Made by a program: the position numbers and the translations under genes. DNA of 64,000 nucleotides from an uncultured Clostridia bacterium (lineage in GTDB: Bacteria > Bacillota > Clostridia > Christensenellales > UBA3700), in the NCBI GenBank assembly GCA_947175555.1, contig CAMWNK010000001.1, positions 28,547 through 92,546 on the forward strand. The letters run 5' to 3'. Each line of letters begins with the position of its first letter. Positions within the stretch are counted from its first letter, which is position 1. The notes under the pieces were generated by a model. That model ran no database searches. It was given only the letters and a program-made list of their open reading frames with translations, and was not told the origin of the DNA. Positions 9,631 through 19,827 of the stretch are shown here, in pieces.

Positions 9631-10238
9631 TGATAGGCATCGTAGACTACGGCGTCGGCAATCTCTATTCACTCGGCAGCTCGCTGTCCGCACTGTCGTT
9701 GGAGCATACCGTCAGCGGAGATTGCGACGTGCTGAGCGCGTGCGATAGAATTATTCTCCCCGGGGTAGGCGCTTTCGCCGATGCGTCGAAGAAGCTGAAT
9801 GAGGCGGGACTTGATAAATTTTTACTGCAACAGGCAGCAGACGGCAAGCCGCTCATGGGCATATGCTTGGGTATGCAACTTCTCTTTGACGTAAGCTACG
9901 AGTTCGGCACGTATAAAGGTCTGGGATTGATAAGCGGCAGCGTATGTCCGCTGCTCGGCGATTTACCAGGCGGTCTGAAAGTCCCGCATATGGGTTGGAA
10001 CAGTCTCAATATAATGAGGGACGACAGCTTGCTGAAGTACGTTAAGCAAGGCGAATATATGTATTTTGTACACTCGTTTTACGCTAAAGATTGCGACGCG
10101 GACGTGATAGCTACGACGCACTACGGCATACCCGTTACAGCTGTCGTAAGACGCGGCAACGTCATGGGCGCGCAGTTTCATCCCGAGAAGAGCGGCGCCG
10201 CGGGACTTGCGATACTCAAGGCATTTTCGGAGATTTGA
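9630..10238 (+). CDS. hisH: Imidazole glycerol phosphate synthase, glutamine amidotransferase subunit
   Basis: MIGIVDYGVGNLYSL; catalytic Cys in GICLGMQLLF; FHPEKS. Confidence 0.95.
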   Translation: MIGIVDYGVGNLYSLGSSLSALSLEHTVSGDCDVLSACDRIILPGVGAFADASKKLNEAGLDKFLLQQAADGKPLMGICLGMQLLFDVSYEFGTYKGLGLISGSVCPLLGDLPGGLKVPHMGWNSLNIMRDDSLLKYVKQGEYMYFVHSFYAKDCDADVIATTHYGIPVTAVVRRGNVMGAQFHPEKSGAAGLAILKAFSEI

Positions 10239-10239
10239 T

Positions 10240-10962
10240 ATGAAGATTATTCCTGCAATAGACATAATAGATGGTTGCGCCGTAAGACTTACGCAAGGCG
10301 ATTATTCACGCATGAAGCGTTATTCCGATTCTCCCGTCTCGGTTGCTCGAGATATGGCGGATTGCGGCTCTAAGTATCTGCATGTGGTAGACTTGGACGG
10401 CGCAAGGAGCGGCAAGGCGGATAATGCTTCGGTCATAGCGGAGATTGTAAGGCTCAATGCTCTTAATGTGGAGATAGGCGGAGGTATCAGGAGCGAGGAG
10501 AGCATACTGAGGTATCTCGACGCGGGCGCAAGCAGAGTAATACTCGGTACTGTTGCCGTCTCTGACTATGACTTTACACTTGATATGCGTCGCAAGTACG
10601 GCGATAAGATAGCCGTAGGCGTGGATGCAAGAGAGGGCATAGTAGCGGTGCACGGATGGGAAAGCGACTCGGGAGTAGACGCTTACGACTTTTGCAGACA
10701 ACTTGCCTCAGACGGGATATGCGACGTGATATTTACGGATATTTCCAAGGACGGGGCAATGTCGGGCACCAATCTTGACGCTTACCGCACGCTTGCAAGT
10801 ATCGACGGGCTTAAAGTTACCGCATCGGGCGGTATCTGCTCGTTGGCAGAGCTCAAGGCGTTGCAGGATATAGGCGTGGACGGCGCGATATTGGGCAAAG
10901 CGTTATACGAGGGAAAGCTGAATCTTCGCGCGGTAGAGGAGGCATTTTGCAATGCTGGCTAA
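10240..10962 (+). CDS. hisA: ProFAR isomerase
   Basis: MKIIPAIDIIDGCAVRLTQGDY at ATG 10240, 2 nt after the hisH stop. The track start at 10207 overlaps hisH. Confidence 0.9.
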   Translation: MKIIPAIDIIDGCAVRLTQGDYSRMKRYSDSPVSVARDMADCGSKYLHVVDLDGARSGKADNASVIAEIVRLNALNVEIGGGIRSEESILRYLDAGASRVILGTVAVSDYDFTLDMRRKYGDKIAVGVDAREGIVAVHGWESDSGVDAYDFCRQLASDGICDVIFTDISKDGAMSGTNLDAYRTLASIDGLKVTASGGICSLAELKALQDIGVDGAILGKALYEGKLNLRAVEEAFCNAG

Positions 10963-11710
10963 GAGGATTATCCCCTGTCTCGATATCAAGGACGGCAGGG
11001 TAGTTAAAGGCGTTAATTTTGCAGGGCTGAAAGACGTGCGCGATCCGGTAGAGCTTGCTTCGTTCTATAACGGCAGCGGAGCCGACGAGCTCGTCTTTTA
11101 CGACATTACCGCATCCAGCGAGGGACGAAGACTGTTTACGGATATATTGGAGAGAGTTGCCTCGAGCATATTCATTCCTCTCACCGTAGGCGGCGGAATC
11201 AACGACGTGAGCGACTTCGAGCGGGTGCTCAAGTGCGGCGCGGACAAAGTAAGCGTCAATTCCGGCGCGATAGCAGATCCCTCTCTTATAGGCAGGGCGG
11301 CGCGTATATACGGCAGTCAGTGCGTGGTGCTTTCTATGGACGTAAAGCGCGTAGGGGGAGAATACAGATTATTCAGCCGCGGCGGCAGAGTTGATACGGG
11401 TATAGACGCCATGCAATGGGCAGAGCAAGGCGTGTCCGAGGGCGCGGGCGAGATAGTGCTTAACTCAATAGATACCGACGGCGTCAAGCGCGGCTTTGAC
11501 ATCCCTATGCTTACGGAGCTGTGCAGCAGGGTGAAGGTGCCCGTAATAGCATCGGGCGGCGCAGGCTCGGCGCAGGATTTTGTAGAGCTGTTCAACAAGG
11601 TCGAGGGCGTCGACGCGGGACTTGCGGCATCGATTTTTCATTACGGAGAAGTAGATATTCACGAGCTCAAGCGGTTGCTTTCCGATAGCGGCGTACCCGT
11701 GAGAATATAA
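10952..11710 (+). CDS. hisF: Imidazole glycerol phosphate synthase, cyclase subunit
   Basis: LAKRIIPCLDIKDGRVVKGVNF, and SGGAG near the C-terminus. Confidence 0.95.
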   Translation: MLAKRIIPCLDIKDGRVVKGVNFAGLKDVRDPVELASFYNGSGADELVFYDITASSEGRRLFTDILERVASSIFIPLTVGGGINDVSDFERVLKCGADKVSVNSGAIADPSLIGRAARIYGSQCVVLSMDVKRVGGEYRLFSRGGRVDTGIDAMQWAEQGVSEGAGEIVLNSIDTDGVKRGFDIPMLTELCSRVKVPVIASGGAGSAQDFVELFNKVEGVDAGLAASIFHYGEVDIHELKRLLSDSGVPVRI

Positions 11711-11727
11711 TCAGTAAGAGGTGAAGT

Positions 11728-12375
11728 ATGATAGATATCAATACGCTTAAGTTTGACGACAGAGGACTCATTCCCGTAGTCGTTCAAGATTATTACAGCA
11801 AGAAGGTGCTTACTCTTGCGTATATGAGTAAGGAGAGCTTGCGCATATCCGAGAGCGAGGGCAAGACGTGCTTTTTCAGCCGTTCGCGCAATAAGTTGTG
11901 GCGCAAAGGCGAGAGCAGCGGCAATTATCAACACATAGTATCCATGACCGCCGATTGCGACGGCGACGCCTTGGTCGTGGAAGTAATCAAGGACGGTCCC
12001 GCGTGCCATAAGGGCACCGACAGTTGCTTTGAAGATACGTTGTACGTCAATCCCGAGTATAAGCCCTTTTCGCTCGAGGGACTTTACGGCGTAATCAAGG
12101 GGCGCAAAACCAATCCCAAGCAAGGCTCTTATACGACTTATCTTTTTGAAAAGGGCGTGGATAAGATACTCAAGAAAGTGGGCGAAGAGTGCACCGAGGT
12201 AATAATAGGCGCTAAGTCGGGCAGTAAGGAAGAGACGGTGTTCGAGATAGGCGACCTTACGTATCACGTATTCGTACTGATGGCGGAGATGGGTATCGAG
12301 ATAAAGGACGTCGTGGACGAGCTGGCAAAGCGTCATGTCGTGGACGTTAAAGTAAAGCAGGAGCGCATGCAATAA
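11728..12375 (+). CDS. hisIE: Bifunctional phosphoribosyl-AMP cyclohydrolase / phosphoribosyl-ATP pyrophosphatase
   Basis: N-terminal HisI block (LIPVVVQDYYSKKVLTLAYMSKESL, C..C cluster) and C-terminal HisE block (GSYTTYLFEKGVDKILKKVGEECTEVIIGAK). Confidence 0.9.
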   Translation: MIDINTLKFDDRGLIPVVVQDYYSKKVLTLAYMSKESLRISESEGKTCFFSRSRNKLWRKGESSGNYQHIVSMTADCDGDALVVEVIKDGPACHKGTDSCFEDTLYVNPEYKPFSLEGLYGVIKGRKTNPKQGSYTTYLFEKGVDKILKKVGEECTEVIIGAKSGSKEETVFEIGDLTYHVFVLMAEMGIEIKDVVDELAKRHVVDVKVKQERMQ

Positions 12376-12447
12376 GCTAAGCGGAATTTACGCGCGCTGT
12401 TTAGTAATCATTAGACGGCGCGTGATAAAAAACACGCGATGTCGTAG

Positions 12448-12678
12448 CTATTTCAGCCTATCTTCTATACCCAGCAGATAGTCTGCGCTCTCTTGGAAAT
12501 ATAGCGCGATTTTTGCAAGCGTTTCGTAATCGGGCTCGCGCGAGCCGTTTTCCCAACAACTTATCGAGCGCTGGTCGACGGACAGTATCTTTCCCAATTC
12601 CGACTGCTTGAGATTCCTTTCTTTTCTCAGTTCTTTCAACCTTTGAGCGAATTTAATCATAATCGAATGATACGCCAA
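12448..12678 (-). CDS. XRE-family helix-turn-helix transcriptional regulator
   Basis: 76 aa; FAQRLKELRKERNLKQSELGKILSVDQRSISCWENG is a canonical Cro/C1 HTH. Confidence 0.8.
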   Translation of the reverse strand: MAYHSIMIKFAQRLKELRKERNLKQSELGKILSVDQRSISCWENGSREPDYETLAKIALYFQESADYLLGIEDRLK

Positions 12679-12892
12679 ACTGTAGTAAAATTATCCCTAT
12701 ACTACATATCGCGGTATGCGGTTTTGTTTTATTATATCTCGTTTTTTATAGCTTATCGGCCTTGCGCTAAAGTATAACAATATATTACATAGCTTATAAA
12801 CAGCCTCACTTGACACGCATTGCATAGCAATGATAAAATATTTAAGCCGTAAGCCGCCCGGTTGTACGACGGATAATCGGCACGAGGTTGAC

Positions 12893-15739
12893 ATGGGTAT
12901 TTTCGGCAGACTTTTCCCTGATAAGAATGAGAGAGAACTTAAAAAGATAGAGAAGATAGCTTCTCAAGTCGAGGCGCTTTCGGACAAGTACAAGTATATG
13001 ACGGATGAGCAGTTGCGCGCCTGCACCGACGAGTTCAGACAGCGTTATGCCGCGGGCGAGACGCTCGATAACTTGCTTCCCGATGCATTCGCGGCGGTGA
13101 GGGAGGCTGCGGACAGAGTGCTGGGTATGCGCCATTTCCGCGTTCAGATTATAGGCGGTATTGCGCTGCATCAGGGCAGGATAGCGGAGATGAGCACTGG
13201 TGAAGGTAAGACGCTGGTCGCAACGCTTCCCGTATACCTCAACGCTTTGACTGGTAAGGGCGTCCATGTAGTTACCGTCAACGAGTATCTTGCCGCGCGC
13301 GACGCGGAGTGGATGGGTAAAGTATACAACTTCCTCGGCATGAGCGTAGGCGTCAACCGCAGTAATATGCAGCCCGATGCCAAGAGGGCGGTATTTGCCT
13401 GCGACATCGTATATACTACCAACAACGAGCTGGGCTTCGATTATCTGCGCGATAACATGGTCTATGATATTAAAGACAGAGTGCTTCGCGGCTTGGAATT
13501 TGCCATTGTCGACGAGGTAGACAGCATACTCATAGACGAGGCGCGCACTCCGCTCATAATCAGTGGCAGGGGCGAGGAGTCGAGCGACAATTACCGTCGC
13601 GCCGACGCATTCGTCAGACAGCTTAAGAGCGTGGAATACGTCTGTCCCGCTTGCGGAGAGAATCTCGGCAACGATACTACTACGAGGAATAAGGAAGAAG
13701 AGATTATCTGTCCCGAGTGCGGCGCAGTGTGCGAGAACGTGGGCGATTATGAGATAATCGAGAAGAATAAGAGCGTATATATCAACGAGCGCGGTACGGA
13801 AAAGGCTGAGAAGTTTTTCAATATAGACGACCTCAGCGAGTACTCCAATAGAGAAATCAAGCACTATATCGACAACGCGCTCAAGGCGCACGCGATAATG
13901 AAGAAGGAAGTCAACTACCTCGTGGTCGACGGACAGGTCATCATCATTGATGAGTATACCGGCAGACAGATGGTAGGCAGACGCTTCAGCAACGGACTGC
14001 ATCAGGCTATCGAGGCAAAAGAGGGCGTTGAAATCAAGACGGAGAATAAGACTCTTGCCACCATCACGCTTCAAAACTTTTTCAGACTTTATCATAAGCT
14101 ATCGGGCATGACGGGTACCGCCAAGACGGAAGAGGACGAATTCGAGAAGATTTATAATCTGGACGTCATGGTAATTCCCACCAATAAGCCCGTCGTCAGA
14201 CGAGACGAGCAGGACAGGCTATACGTTACAGAGAAGGCTAAGATTAAGGCTATCGTAAAAGATATTAAAGATTGCCATGAGCGCAATCAGCCTGTTTTGG
14301 TCGGTACCGTAAGCGTGGAAAAGAGCGAGCAGCTGTCGGCGGTATTGAGACGCGAGGGTATACGCAGTCATAACGTGCTCAATGCAAAGTACCACGATAA
14401 AGAAGCAGATATCATTGCTCAGGCGGGTAGGCTCGGCGCCGTTACCATAGCCACCAACATGGCAGGTAGAGGTACTGATATCATGCTGGGCGGCAATCCC
14501 GAATACACCGCAAAGGCGGCTATGGCTAAGAAGGGGTATGCCCATGAGATTATAGAGGCATGCACCGCGCTCACTCCGTCGGAAGATCCCGAGGTCAAGA
14601 GCGCAAAGGAAGTGTATGACAAGCTCTACGCTCAATACCTTGCAGATACCAAGGCGGAAAAGGAGCAGGTAGCCGCTCTCGGCGGATTGAGAATTATAGG
14701 CACAGAAAGACACGACTCGCGCCGTATAGACAATCAGCTGCGCGGACGTAGCGGTAGACAGGGCGACAACGGTTCGTCCGCTTTCTATCTTTCCTGCGAG
14801 GACGATATGTTCAAGCGTTTTGCGGGCTCCAACTTTTTCTCGCTCGTATCAAGGCTTGCCGTCAATGAGGACGAGCCTATCGTCGCGGGTATCATGAGCA
14901 GGCAGATAGCTTATATCCAGTCGGTGGTAGAGGACAGGCATTTCTCCGCGCGTAAGCGTCTGATAGCTTACGACGACGTGCTCAACTATCAAAGAGAGAT
15001 AATATACGGCAAGCGCAACGAGGTGCTTGAGTCGAGCGATATTCACAGACAGGTGCTCAAGATGTGTTACGACGTTGCCGAAGAGATTTGCGAGCGGCAC
15101 GTGGACTTTAAGAGCGATCACCGCTCGTGGGATTACGTCGCCTTTAACCGCGAACTTGACGAATATCTCTTTACCAAGGACAGCAATATCATGTCGCCCG
15201 AGGTAGTGTACGCCAATTCTTCTTTGCAAGAGATAATCAATTATGTATATCACAAGTGTGAGGAGCAGTACGATCAAGTTACGCGCCTTAACGAAGAAAA
15301 CTTCGAGGGAGCGGGCATGAAGTTCGACCTCTCCGATGCGGAAAAGAGATTTACCTTGCAGGCTATCGACGTCAACTGGCGCGCTTATATCGACGAGGTG
15401 GACGACGTAAGGCAGAGTATCGAGCTTGTAGCTTACGGACATCAGGACCCCGTGCTCGAGTACAAGCGCGAGACGTACGATATGTTCAACTCTATGGTGG
15501 CAGAGATTAAGAAGGATACCGTCAAAGCGCTTGTAAGACGCGTATTCATCAACGACCGCATTTTGGAAAATCTCAAGAAAGAGCAGCGCATCGTCTATTC
15601 CGACGCTAAGTCGGCATCGGCAGGCGAGAGCAAGAAAGCTCCCAAGCCCGCTCCCGTGCGTAAGGAAAAGGAAGTCGGCAGGAACGAGCCCTGCCCGTGC
15701 GGCAGCGGCAAGAAGTATAAGAACTGCTGCGGAAAATAA
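12893..15739 (+). CDS. secA: Preprotein translocase ATPase SecA
   Basis: ATG 12893 after GAGG. MGIFGRLF.., Walker A MSTGEGKTLVATLP, DEVDSILIDEARTPLIISG, and C-terminal zinc finger CPCGSGKKYKNCCG. The track start at 12830 adds 21 non-conserved residues. Confidence 0.95.
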   Translation: MGIFGRLFPDKNERELKKIEKIASQVEALSDKYKYMTDEQLRACTDEFRQRYAAGETLDNLLPDAFAAVREAADRVLGMRHFRVQIIGGIALHQGRIAEMSTGEGKTLVATLPVYLNALTGKGVHVVTVNEYLAARDAEWMGKVYNFLGMSVGVNRSNMQPDAKRAVFACDIVYTTNNELGFDYLRDNMVYDIKDRVLRGLEFAIVDEVDSILIDEARTPLIISGRGEESSDNYRRADAFVRQLKSVEYVCPACGENLGNDTTTRNKEEEIICPECGAVCENVGDYEIIEKNKSVYINERGTEKAEKFFNIDDLSEYSNREIKHYIDNALKAHAIMKKEVNYLVVDGQVIIIDEYTGRQMVGRRFSNGLHQAIEAKEGVEIKTENKTLATITLQNFFRLYHKLSGMTGTAKTEEDEFEKIYNLDVMVIPTNKPVVRRDEQDRLYVTEKAKIKAIVKDIKDCHERNQPVLVGTVSVEKSEQLSAVLRREGIRSHNVLNAKYHDKEADIIAQAGRLGAVTIATNMAGRGTDIMLGGNPEYTAKAAMAKKGYAHEIIEACTALTPSEDPEVKSAKEVYDKLYAQYLADTKAEKEQVAALGGLRIIGTERHDSRRIDNQLRGRSGRQGDNGSSAFYLSCEDDMFKRFAGSNFFSLVSRLAVNEDEPIVAGIMSRQIAYIQSVVEDRHFSARKRLIAYDDVLNYQREIIYGKRNEVLESSDIHRQVLKMCYDVAEEICERHVDFKSDHRSWDYVAFNRELDEYLFTKDSNIMSPEVVYANSSLQEIINYVYHKCEEQYDQVTRLNEENFEGAGMKFDLSDAEKRFTLQAIDVNWRAYIDEVDDVRQSIELVAYGHQDPVLEYKRETYDMFNSMVAEIKKDTVKALVRRVFINDRILENLKKEQRIVYSDAKSASAGESKKAPKPAPVRKEKEVGRNEPCPCGSGKKYKNCCGK

Positions 15740-15797
15740 ATTTTGCGACTAAAGCGCCGCATTTAATGGGGCGGCAAAATAATAGGTTAACGGCTTT

Positions 15798-15829
15798 GTC
15801 CGCAGGCTTTGGTGTCTGCGGACTTTTTT
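15798..15829 (+). terminator. Rho-independent terminator after secA
   Basis: GTCCGCAG-gctttggtgt-CTGCGGAC followed by T6. Confidence 0.65.
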
Positions 15830-15964
15830 ACTCAAACGCCCAAGCACGGATATAGATATGTAAGCAGACATCATAATTCGTCGATTTAAGTTAATAAATT
15901 ATTTGATATTGCGCCTTGCCCTGTGATAGAATTCCTAATGCCAGGTCATCTGCGGAGGTTAAGA

Positions 15965-16981
15965 ATGAAAGCTAAAAAGACTTTACCTATAATAATGTTT
16001 TGCCTTGGCGCGGCAGCATTGATTTTTGCTTTATATTTTACGTTGCAGCCATTGTTCAGATCTCGTATCAGTCCTTATGAGGTAGATATCAGTGAGAAGG
16101 TTACTCTTGAGCAAGACTCGGAGGGCGACTGGGTATTTAGCGGCAAGCTAAGGAATAACACGGATACGGATCAGACTATGATAATTCTTTCTATTGAGGT
16201 TAAGGATGATAACGGTGACGAGGGCATTATTTATATAATCGGCGACGATTATATGGAAGATTTTGAGGATAGCGTCACGCTCGCCACAGGCGAGGAGTTT
16301 GATCTTGCGGGCTATTACTTTGAGGGCGACTATAATGCGTCTTATAAGATTAAGGAAGTCAATGTTGTGCTGGAAGGCTTCCTTAACCTCAAGCTGTATG
16401 CAGGCGGCGAGGGCAGGAAGGTAGCTATGTTTATGGGATACGTGCTTGCGGTGATGTTTATCGTTATAGGCGTATCCAATTTAAGGTATAATCGTAAGGT
16501 AGCTGCCCATTGGAACTCTATGACGGAATACGCTGCCGGCGCAGAGATGTCGGGTACGTTTATGATAGGATACGTAGGCGAGGGCAAGATTAGCGCAAAG
16601 TCATTCGGCAAGACGCTGCTTTCTTCGCTCGGCGCGGCAATCAGCGCGATGTTCGTAGGCGCGGGCGCGTACAAGAATTATATGGCGGGCTCTAAGTCGG
16701 AGATGATAGTTACTGGCGAGGGCATATATTTCGGCAAGCCTTCCAATAAGCCCGAAGTCAATGTGGAAAATATGCGCTTTGTTACCAAGCAAGACTTGGC
16801 GGCTTATTCAATCAAGCAGGGCAAGAAACAGGTAGATTTGTTTATAGGAGGCGGCAAGAAGATATCTGTTACTGCTATTGATAACGCTTTGGATATGGAG
16901 CAAGTTGCGGCTGAGTTTAATAAGTTGATAGTTACCGATACCGCTAATGCGGCACAGGAAGATACTCTTACGGAGAATTAA
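15965..16981 (+). CDS. Hypothetical membrane protein
   Basis: ATG 15965 after GGAGG. N-terminal TM helix (LPIIMFCLGAAALIFALYF), an acidic extracellular-looking domain, and further TM segments. No recognisable family. Confidence 0.5.
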   Translation: MKAKKTLPIIMFCLGAAALIFALYFTLQPLFRSRISPYEVDISEKVTLEQDSEGDWVFSGKLRNNTDTDQTMIILSIEVKDDNGDEGIIYIIGDDYMEDFEDSVTLATGEEFDLAGYYFEGDYNASYKIKEVNVVLEGFLNLKLYAGGEGRKVAMFMGYVLAVMFIVIGVSNLRYNRKVAAHWNSMTEYAAGAEMSGTFMIGYVGEGKISAKSFGKTLLSSLGAAISAMFVGAGAYKNYMAGSKSEMIVTGEGIYFGKPSNKPEVNVENMRFVTKQDLAAYSIKQGKKQVDLFIGGGKKISVTAIDNALDMEQVAAEFNKLIVTDTANAAQEDTLTEN

Positions 16982-16982
16982 T

Positions 16983-18092
16983 ATGATAATTGTAGACGAG
17001 CAGAAGTATAAGCTCGAGCAGATCAACGCCATGCTCGGCGAGCTGAAAGGCGCGCTCGATCTCGACGCCTTGCGTGCTCGCAAAGCAGAGCTTGAGCAAT
17101 TGCAGAATGCTCCCGATTTCTGGAACGACCTTGCTATAGCGCAGGAAGTCAATAAAGAGCTTGCAAGAGTAGACGGCAAGCTCGACAGATACGTGAGGCT
17201 TACGCGTCGCGCCGACGATTGCGCGGCTCTCATCGCTCTGCTCGAGGAGGACGGCGACGAGGAGAGCAAGGCGGAACTCGATAGCGAACTCAAGAGTTTG
17301 GAGGACGACTCCCAGACGTTAAGGCTGGAGACTTTGCTCAAAGGCAAGTACGATTCCAATAATGCAATCATCACTTTGCACGCAGGCGCAGGCGGCACGG
17401 AAGCTCAGGACTGGGCGAGTATGCTGTACCGTATGTACAGCCGTTATGCAGAGCGCGAGGGCTATAAGGTCGAGATGCTCGACTATCTTGCAGGCGATGA
17501 GGCAGGCATCAAGAGCGTTACCGTCAAGGTCAACGGCGACAACGCTTACGGATATCTCAAGGCGGAGAAGGGAGTGCACAGACTGGTGCGTATTTCCCCT
17601 TTCGATGCCAACGCCCGCCGTCATACGTCGTTTGCATCCGTAGAGGTCATGCCCGAGGTCGAGAGCGACAATGACATCAAGATTAATCCCGACGAGCTTA
17701 AGATAGATACCTATCGCAGCGGCGGCGCGGGCGGTCAGCACGTCAATAAGACGGACAGCGCGGTGCGTATCACTCACTTGCCTACAGGAATCGTCGTGCA
17801 GTGTCAAAACGAGCGTTCGCAGATTCAGAACAGGGAGCAGGCTATGAAGATGCTCACGTCCAAGCTCATCGAGCGTAGGGAGAGAGAGCAGGCGGAGGCG
17901 GAGTCCGCGCTCAAGGGCGACCTCAAGAAAATAGAATGGGGCTCGCAGATACGCTCGTATGTGTTCTGTCCTTACACTATGGTCAAGGACCACCGTACGG
18001 GATATGAGACAAGCAACGTCAATGCAGTTATGGACGGCGATATCGGCGGATTTATCAACGACTATCTCAAGAAATCGCAGGGAGAGAGATGA
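16983..18092 (+). CDS. prfB: Peptide chain release factor 2
   Basis: SPF tripeptide (RISPFDANARRHTSF) and GGQ (SGGAGGQHVNKTDSAVRITH). A single uninterrupted frame from ATG 16983. Confidence 0.9.
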   Translation: MIIVDEQKYKLEQINAMLGELKGALDLDALRARKAELEQLQNAPDFWNDLAIAQEVNKELARVDGKLDRYVRLTRRADDCAALIALLEEDGDEESKAELDSELKSLEDDSQTLRLETLLKGKYDSNNAIITLHAGAGGTEAQDWASMLYRMYSRYAEREGYKVEMLDYLAGDEAGIKSVTVKVNGDNAYGYLKAEKGVHRLVRISPFDANARRHTSFASVEVMPEVESDNDIKINPDELKIDTYRSGGAGGQHVNKTDSAVRITHLPTGIVVQCQNERSQIQNREQAMKMLTSKLIERREREQAEAESALKGDLKKIEWGSQIRSYVFCPYTMVKDHRTGYETSNVNAVMDGDIGGFINDYLKKSQGER

Positions 18093-19153
18093 GCGCGTAT
18101 AGCGAACTTGCCCGCGTTAAGATAGAGAAACTGCGCGGACGCGACGATATACTCACGTTGGGCATAGAGAGCAGCTGCGACGAGACCGCTTGCGCTATCT
18201 TGCGCGGCAGAGAGGTGCTGTCCTCGGTAATTGCCTCGCAGATAGATATACATAAGCGTTTCGGCGGAGTAGTCCCCGAGATAGCATCTCGCAATCACGT
18301 TACGGCTATTGACGGCGTTGTGCGCTCTGCGCTTGATAAGGCGGGAGTCTCGCTTGAGGATATCGAAGTTATCGGAGTAACTTACGGCGCGGGACTTCTC
18401 GGAGCATTGCTCGTGGGAGTGTCTTATGCCAAGGCATTGGCGTATTCTTTGGGCATTCCGCTTATGGCGGTCAATCACATTAAGGGACACGTGGCGGTCA
18501 ATTATATTGCCGATAAGCTCCTTACTCCACCTTACGTATGCCTTATAGCCAGCGGCGGACATACCGCGGTAGCCTACGTTAAGGATTGGGACGAGCTGGA
18601 GATACTGGGCAGTACGCAGGACGATGCGTGCGGCGAAGCCTTCGATAAGATAGCGCGCGTGCTCGGATTGAGTTACCCCGGCGGTCCCGCGGTAGAGCAA
18701 CTTGCTTTATCGGGCAAGCCTGTCGTCAAGTTGCCCCGTCCGTTTAAGGGTATAGATACTCTCGACTTTTCTTTCAGCGGAATCAAGACCGCGCTGATTA
18801 ATTACGTTCACAATGCGTCCGTTAAGGGCGAGGAAATCAACAGGGCGGATATTGCGTGTTCTTTTCAAGAGCTCGTTACCGATATCATGGCGGACAACGC
18901 CGTACGCGCGGCAAAGATAAAGGGTTGCGATAGGCTCGTCATCGCAGGCGGCGTGGGAGCCAACGGCGTGCTCCGCAATAAAGTTGAGCTGAGAGCCAAG
19001 CGAGAGGGGCTTAGCGTATACTATCCTCCGATAGGCTTGTGTACCGACAACGGCGTCATGATTGCGGCGCAGGCGCAGTGCATGATTAAGGCGGGCAGAG
19101 ACTGCTCCGATTACGACCTCGACGCCGACGCTTCTCTTACGCCCGAGGATTGA
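18089..19153 (+). CDS. tsaD: tRNA N6-adenosine threonylcarbamoyltransferase
   Basis: LGIESSCDETACAIL, and HIKGH metal-binding region. ATGA overlap with the prfB stop. Confidence 0.9.
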   Translation: MSAYSELARVKIEKLRGRDDILTLGIESSCDETACAILRGREVLSSVIASQIDIHKRFGGVVPEIASRNHVTAIDGVVRSALDKAGVSLEDIEVIGVTYGAGLLGALLVGVSYAKALAYSLGIPLMAVNHIKGHVAVNYIADKLLTPPYVCLIASGGHTAVAYVKDWDELEILGSTQDDACGEAFDKIARVLGLSYPGGPAVEQLALSGKPVVKLPRPFKGIDTLDFSFSGIKTALINYVHNASVKGEEINRADIACSFQELVTDIMADNAVRAAKIKGCDRLVIAGGVGANGVLRNKVELRAKREGLSVYYPPIGLCTDNGVMIAAQAQCMIKAGRDCSDYDLDADASLTPED

Positions 19154-19231
19154 GGCAAGCCGCGTTATATTGCAGCGATTTATTCAAGGAATTTCAAGCG
19201 GATATATTTAAGAAAAAAGTACGCTAATTTG

Positions 19232-19260
19232 TTGACTTAACTTATAATAGTTGATAAAAT
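19232..19260 (+). promoter_or_regulatory. Promoter of the rpsL-rpsG-fusA-tuf operon
   Basis: TTGACT (19232-19237), 17-nt spacer, TAAAAT (19255-19260); about 145-nt leader before rpsL. Confidence 0.55.
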
Positions 19261-19404
19261 GTGTTTACTATGTGGGATTATCCCGCATATTATTTGTGTT
19301 GCAAGACGGCGCCTTAAGTGGTGTGTAGGCGCTTTCGACATAAATGGAGATGCCTTAGGGTTGAAAGGTAACTCATCCGATTAATACTGTAAGGAGGTAA
19401 GATA

Positions 19405-19785
19405 ATGCCCACAATTAACCAGTTGATTAGGCACGGACGCGAGAAGCAGGTTAAGAAGTCCAAGGCACCCTTGATGGACAAGAACCCTCAGAAGAGAGGC
19501 GTATGTCTGTCTGTTACCACGACTTCGCCTAAGAAGCCTAACTCCGCTATGCGTAAGATTGCGCGTGTTAAGCTCGTTAACGGCATGGAAGGTACGGTGT
19601 ATATCCCCGGTATCGGACATAATCTGCAAGAGCACAGCGTAGTATTGATCCGCGGCGGCAGGGTAAGGGATTTGCCCGGTGTGAGATATCACATTATTCG
19701 CGGTACGTTGGACGCGGCAGGCGTTGCCAAGCGTATGCAGGCAAGGTCTAAGTACGGCGCCAAGAAGCCTAAGACTACAAAGTAA
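19405..19785 (+). CDS. rpsL: 30S ribosomal protein S12
   Basis: [23 protein letters not shown]; RBS AAGGAGG. Confidence 0.97.
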   Translation: MPTINQLIRHGREKQVKKSKAPLMDKNPQKRGVCLSVTTTSPKKPNSAMRKIARVKLVNGMEGTVYIPGIGHNLQEHSVVLIRGGRVRDLPGVRYHIIRGTLDAAGVAKRMQARSKYGAKKPKTTK

Positions 19786-19827
19786 TAGTTAGTCGGATGT
19801 AAGAACAATCTATAAGGAGGTAATAAT

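Noticed and set aside
12419-12438. Hairpin CGCGTG-ataaaaaa-CACGCG between hisIE and the convergent XRE gene, considered as a terminator
   Set aside because: The stem is only 6 bp and neither strand has a U-tract after it. Not called.
12842-14095. 417-aa ORF on the minus strand
   Set aside because: Antisense shadow of secA; no motifs, no RBS.
16983-17100. Programmed +1 frameshift site expected in prfB
   Set aside because: The region corresponding to the E. coli shift site (..GELKGALDLDAL..) has no in-frame stop or CUU-UGA motif. The gene is a single uninterrupted frame, so there is no autoregulatory frameshift here.
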